Part shown: positions 61,614-64,000 of the stretch, in pieces | How the letters are laid out: each line of letters opens with the position of its first letter | How positions within the stretch are numbered: the stretch's first letter is position 1 | Assembly: GCA_013213825.1 (NCBI GenBank) | Contig: JABSQA010000001.1 | Location: 33,017-97,016 of the forward strand | Origin: Henriciella sp. | GTDB lineage: Bacteria; Pseudomonadota; Alphaproteobacteria; Caulobacterales; Hyphomonadaceae | Direction of reading: 5' to 3' | DNA length: 64,000 nucleotides | Notes under the pieces: generated by a model | The model's database searches: none | What the model saw: the letters and a program-made list of their open reading frames with translations, nothing else | Told to the model about the DNA's origin: nothing | Position numbers and translations under genes: made by a program

Positions 61614-61742
61614 TAAAAGTGAAAGGGCTAAGTCCGAGATCTGGCCGGACATTAAGAGGGCTCAAAAAAATCGAACATGTGTTGCGGGAGGAGTTTCTGG
61701 TCGGTCTTCGGGCCGTCGCTAACTCGAAAAGGAACTCTTACA

Positions 61743-62060
61743 ATGCGTAAGACTGTTGCAACTCTAATCGCCGCGGCCGTTATGGTCGCTCCTTTTGCCC
61801 ACGCTCAGGGCACTCCAATCACAGTACAACTCACCTATGATTCAAGCCTTCTCAGCTCCGAATCCGGCGCTAAGGCGGTGTTGAAGTCGATTAAAAAGCA
61901 GGCCACCGAAGCCTGCTCGTACAAAAAGCCAGTTTTCGGCACGCCAAGTTTCGATCGCGCATGTCGCGATGCCTTGGTCGAACAAGCTATTAGCGAAATC
62001 CGCCTGGCAGCCTTGGAAGAGGGGCAAGCGACCACATATGTTTTTGCGTCGCTAGACTAA
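61743..62060 (+). CDS. UrcA family exported protein (paralog 1)
   Basis: Signal peptide; V-x-Y-D-x-x-L...GA...I...A...C...C pattern; AAGGA SD. Confidence 0.75.
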   Translation: MRKTVATLIAAAVMVAPFAHAQGTPITVQLTYDSSLLSSESGAKAVLKSIKKQATEACSYKKPVFGTPSFDRACRDALVEQAISEIRLAALEEGQATTYVFASLD

Positions 62061-62109
62061 AGGAAAACTGGCACGCTGCGGCGTGACAGGACGCATCTAG
62101 TTCAAATGG

Positions 62110-62143
62110 AAACGGGCGGAGAGAGAAGCTTTCCGCCCGTTTT
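62110..62143 (+). terminator. Intrinsic terminator after UrcA paralog 1
   Basis: AAACGGGCGGA/TCCGCCCGTTT stem plus T tract. Confidence 0.75.
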
Positions 62144-62390
62144 CTATTCGTCTTTGAATGAAGCGCTGCGTCGCACTCATGCCAAAACGCCTAAGTAAAA
62201 AAGTCGAAAAATAATTACTAAATGATTTGCTTATCATTCAGTATTCTGTTAGAGGGATGTTGTGAAGCGGAGAAGAACGCTCAGTCTCGGACGAGTTTCG
62301 AGCTGCGATAAGAGCGAAAGAAAACTCTGCTTCACGCATCGTCCTCCCTGTCGGCCGTTTGGCCGTCGTTGCAATATATGGAATGTTCCA

Positions 62391-62732
62391 ATGCATAAGA
62401 GTCTTGCCTCTCTCCTTGCTGTAGCTGCGTTTGCAACCCCTTTCGCTCAAGCTGAAACCAAAACTGTCACGGTTGATTTGACCTATGATCGAGCGCTCCT
62501 TGAGACCGAATCTGGTGTCGAAATTGTTCTGGCGTCACTCGAAGCACAAGCGATTGAAGCCTGTACATATGCTTCACCGCTCGTCGGCACACCGAAGCAT
62601 GACAAAACGTGCCGCGATGAGATTCTCGAGAGCGCGATTGCTGAAATTCGCCGCGTTTCTTATGAAGAGGGCACAGTGGCGACATCGGTGTTCGCAAGCC
62701 TCGAAACGCCAATTGCCGTGCCTGCTCAATAA
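62391..62732 (+). CDS. UrcA family exported protein (paralog 2)
   Basis: Same pattern and two Cys as paralog 1; shared LTYD, EAC, VFASL; start ATG 62391. Confidence 0.75.
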   Translation: MHKSLASLLAVAAFATPFAQAETKTVTVDLTYDRALLETESGVEIVLASLEAQAIEACTYASPLVGTPKHDKTCRDEILESAIAEIRRVSYEEGTVATSVFASLETPIAVPAQ

Positions 62733-62750
62733 GTTTTCAGGCAGATCAGA

Positions 62751-62785
62751 AAAAAAGGGCGGTGATCTTATGATCGCCGCCCTTT
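62751..62785. terminator. Bidirectional intrinsic terminator
   Basis: AAAGGGCGGTGATC-TTAT-GATCGCCGCCCTTT, 14-bp stem with one GU pair. Confidence 0.8.
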
Positions 62786-62806
62786 GTCTTTGTATCCAGT
62801 CGCGTC

Positions 62807-63589
62807 TTACGCGATACGTTCCACCATCATATGTTTAATCTTAGCGATGGCCTTGGCTGGGTTCAGACCCTTCGGGCAAACCTGGGCACAATTCATGATC
62901 GTGTGGCACCGATAGAGTTTGAACGGATCTTCGAGATCGTCCAAACGCTCGCCGGTAGCTTCATCGCGGCTGTCAATTAACCAGCGATAGGCCTGCAAGA
63001 GCGCGGCTGGGCCAAGATACTTGTCGCCATTCCACCAATAGGATGGGCAAGAGGTCGAGCAGGAGGCGCACAGAATACACTCATACAAACCGTCCAAGTG
63101 CTCGCGCTCTTCTTCGGTCTGGTTCCACTCTTTCTCGGGTTCTGGTGTTTCCGTCTTCAAGAAAGGCTGCACATAAGCGTGCTGCGCATAGAAATTGGTG
63201 AGGTCTGGAATCAGATCTTTGACCACCGGCTGATGCGGCAGCGGTGCGATCGTAATGTGTGGACCGGCGATTTCATCCCAACCACGCGTACAGGCGATTG
63301 TGTTCTGGCCACCAATATTCATTGCACAAGAGCCGCAAACCCCTTCGCGACAAGACCGGCGGAAGGCCAGCGTCGAGTCGACATGGTTCTTGATGTAGAT
63401 CAAAACGTCCAAGATCATTGGCCCGCATTTGTCCATGTCGACAAAGTAGGTGTCCCAGCGCGGATTGCCGCCTTCTTCAGGACTGTAGCGATAGATCTTA
63501 AATTTCTTGACGTTCTTCGCCCGTTCAGGCTTCGGCCAAGTCTTACCTTTTTTCGGCGCAGAGCCTTTTGGAAGTGTCAGCTGTACCAT
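62807..63589 (-). CDS. sdhB: Succinate dehydrogenase iron-sulfur subunit
   Basis: [36 protein letters not shown]. Confidence 0.98.
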   Translation of the reverse strand: MVQLTLPKGSAPKKGKTWPKPERAKNVKKFKIYRYSPEEGGNPRWDTYFVDMDKCGPMILDVLIYIKNHVDSTLAFRRSCREGVCGSCAMNIGGQNTIACTRGWDEIAGPHITIAPLPHQPVVKDLIPDLTNFYAQHAYVQPFLKTETPEPEKEWNQTEEEREHLDGLYECILCASCSTSCPSYWWNGDKYLGPAALLQAYRWLIDSRDEATGERLDDLEDPFKLYRCHTIMNCAQVCPKGLNPAKAIAKIKHMMVERIA

Positions 63590-63598
63590 GCTTGGCTC

Positions 63599-64000
63599 CT
63601 AGTAGACCCGCTCTTTGGGTTTAATGTACTCAATCTCGTTCGACATCGTGTAATTGTGCACGGGGCGATAATCGATCTTCACTTCGCCCGCCTCGTTAGA
63701 CCAGGCCAGCGTGTGCATCATCCAATTCTCATCATCGCGCTTGTCGAAATCCTCGCGCGCATGGGCGCCGCGGCTCTCTTTGCGGTTCGCCGCAGAGTTC
63801 ACGGTGACTGTGGCTTGGCCGATGAGATTGTCGAATTCCAAGGCTTCCAGCAGGTCAGTGTTCCAGACCAGGCCGCGATCTTCAATCCGCATGCCTGGCG
63901 CCTTTTTGTTGATCGCTTCGATCTTCTCAACGCCTTCGTCGAGCACGTCGCCCGTACGGAACACCGCGCAATTGTCTTGCATTGCCCGCTGCATTTCGAG
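63599..64000 (-). CDS. sdhA: Succinate dehydrogenase flavoprotein subunit, 3' part
   Basis: WNTDLLEALE, RKESRGAHARED, RDDENWM, KERVY; open at the window edge. Confidence 0.95.
   Translation of the reverse strand, partial: LEMQRAMQDNCAVFRTGDVLDEGVEKIEAINKKAPGMRIEDRGLVWNTDLLEALEFDNLIGQATVTVNSAANRKESRGAHAREDFDKRDDENWMMHTLAWSNEAGEVKIDYRPVHNYTMSNEIEYIKPKERVY

Overview
Core-chromosome window of an alphaproteobacterium, most likely a Caulobacterales/Hyphomonadaceae-type organism. This is inferred from ShkA-, HfsH/HfsK-, UrcA- and CC0125-like genes and from Caulobacter-like synteny. It carries a replication cluster (rpsT-dnaA-dnaN-recF-dacB-gyrB), mutS/maeB, an shkA-comM-gshB-BON-yraN-rsmI block, an accessory stretch at about 27.5-36 kb, ibpA, lysA-argH, cobS/cobT, rpmB, xth, hfsH/hfsK, two UrcA-family paralogs and sdhB plus the 3' end of sdhA. 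I saw no rRNA, tRNA, CRISPR array, transposase, integrase or prophage. Four signals stand out. (1) The DnaA is strongly divergent: both Box VII arginines, including the arginine finger, are replaced by Glu, while the DNA-recognition helix is intact. (2) An unannotated three-hairpin sRNA candidate with an anti-SD loop (alpha-r8/MmgR/GsrN-like) lies upstream of xth. (3) The two UrcA-family paralogs have collinear, structured 5' leaders. (4) An 868-aa membrane-anchored gluzincin-like protein has an unusual N-terminal domain. A second orphan sRNA/terminator candidate, a ROSE thermometer, a LexA box and DnaA boxes were also read directly from the sequence. All calls were made by eye; no searches or folding were run.
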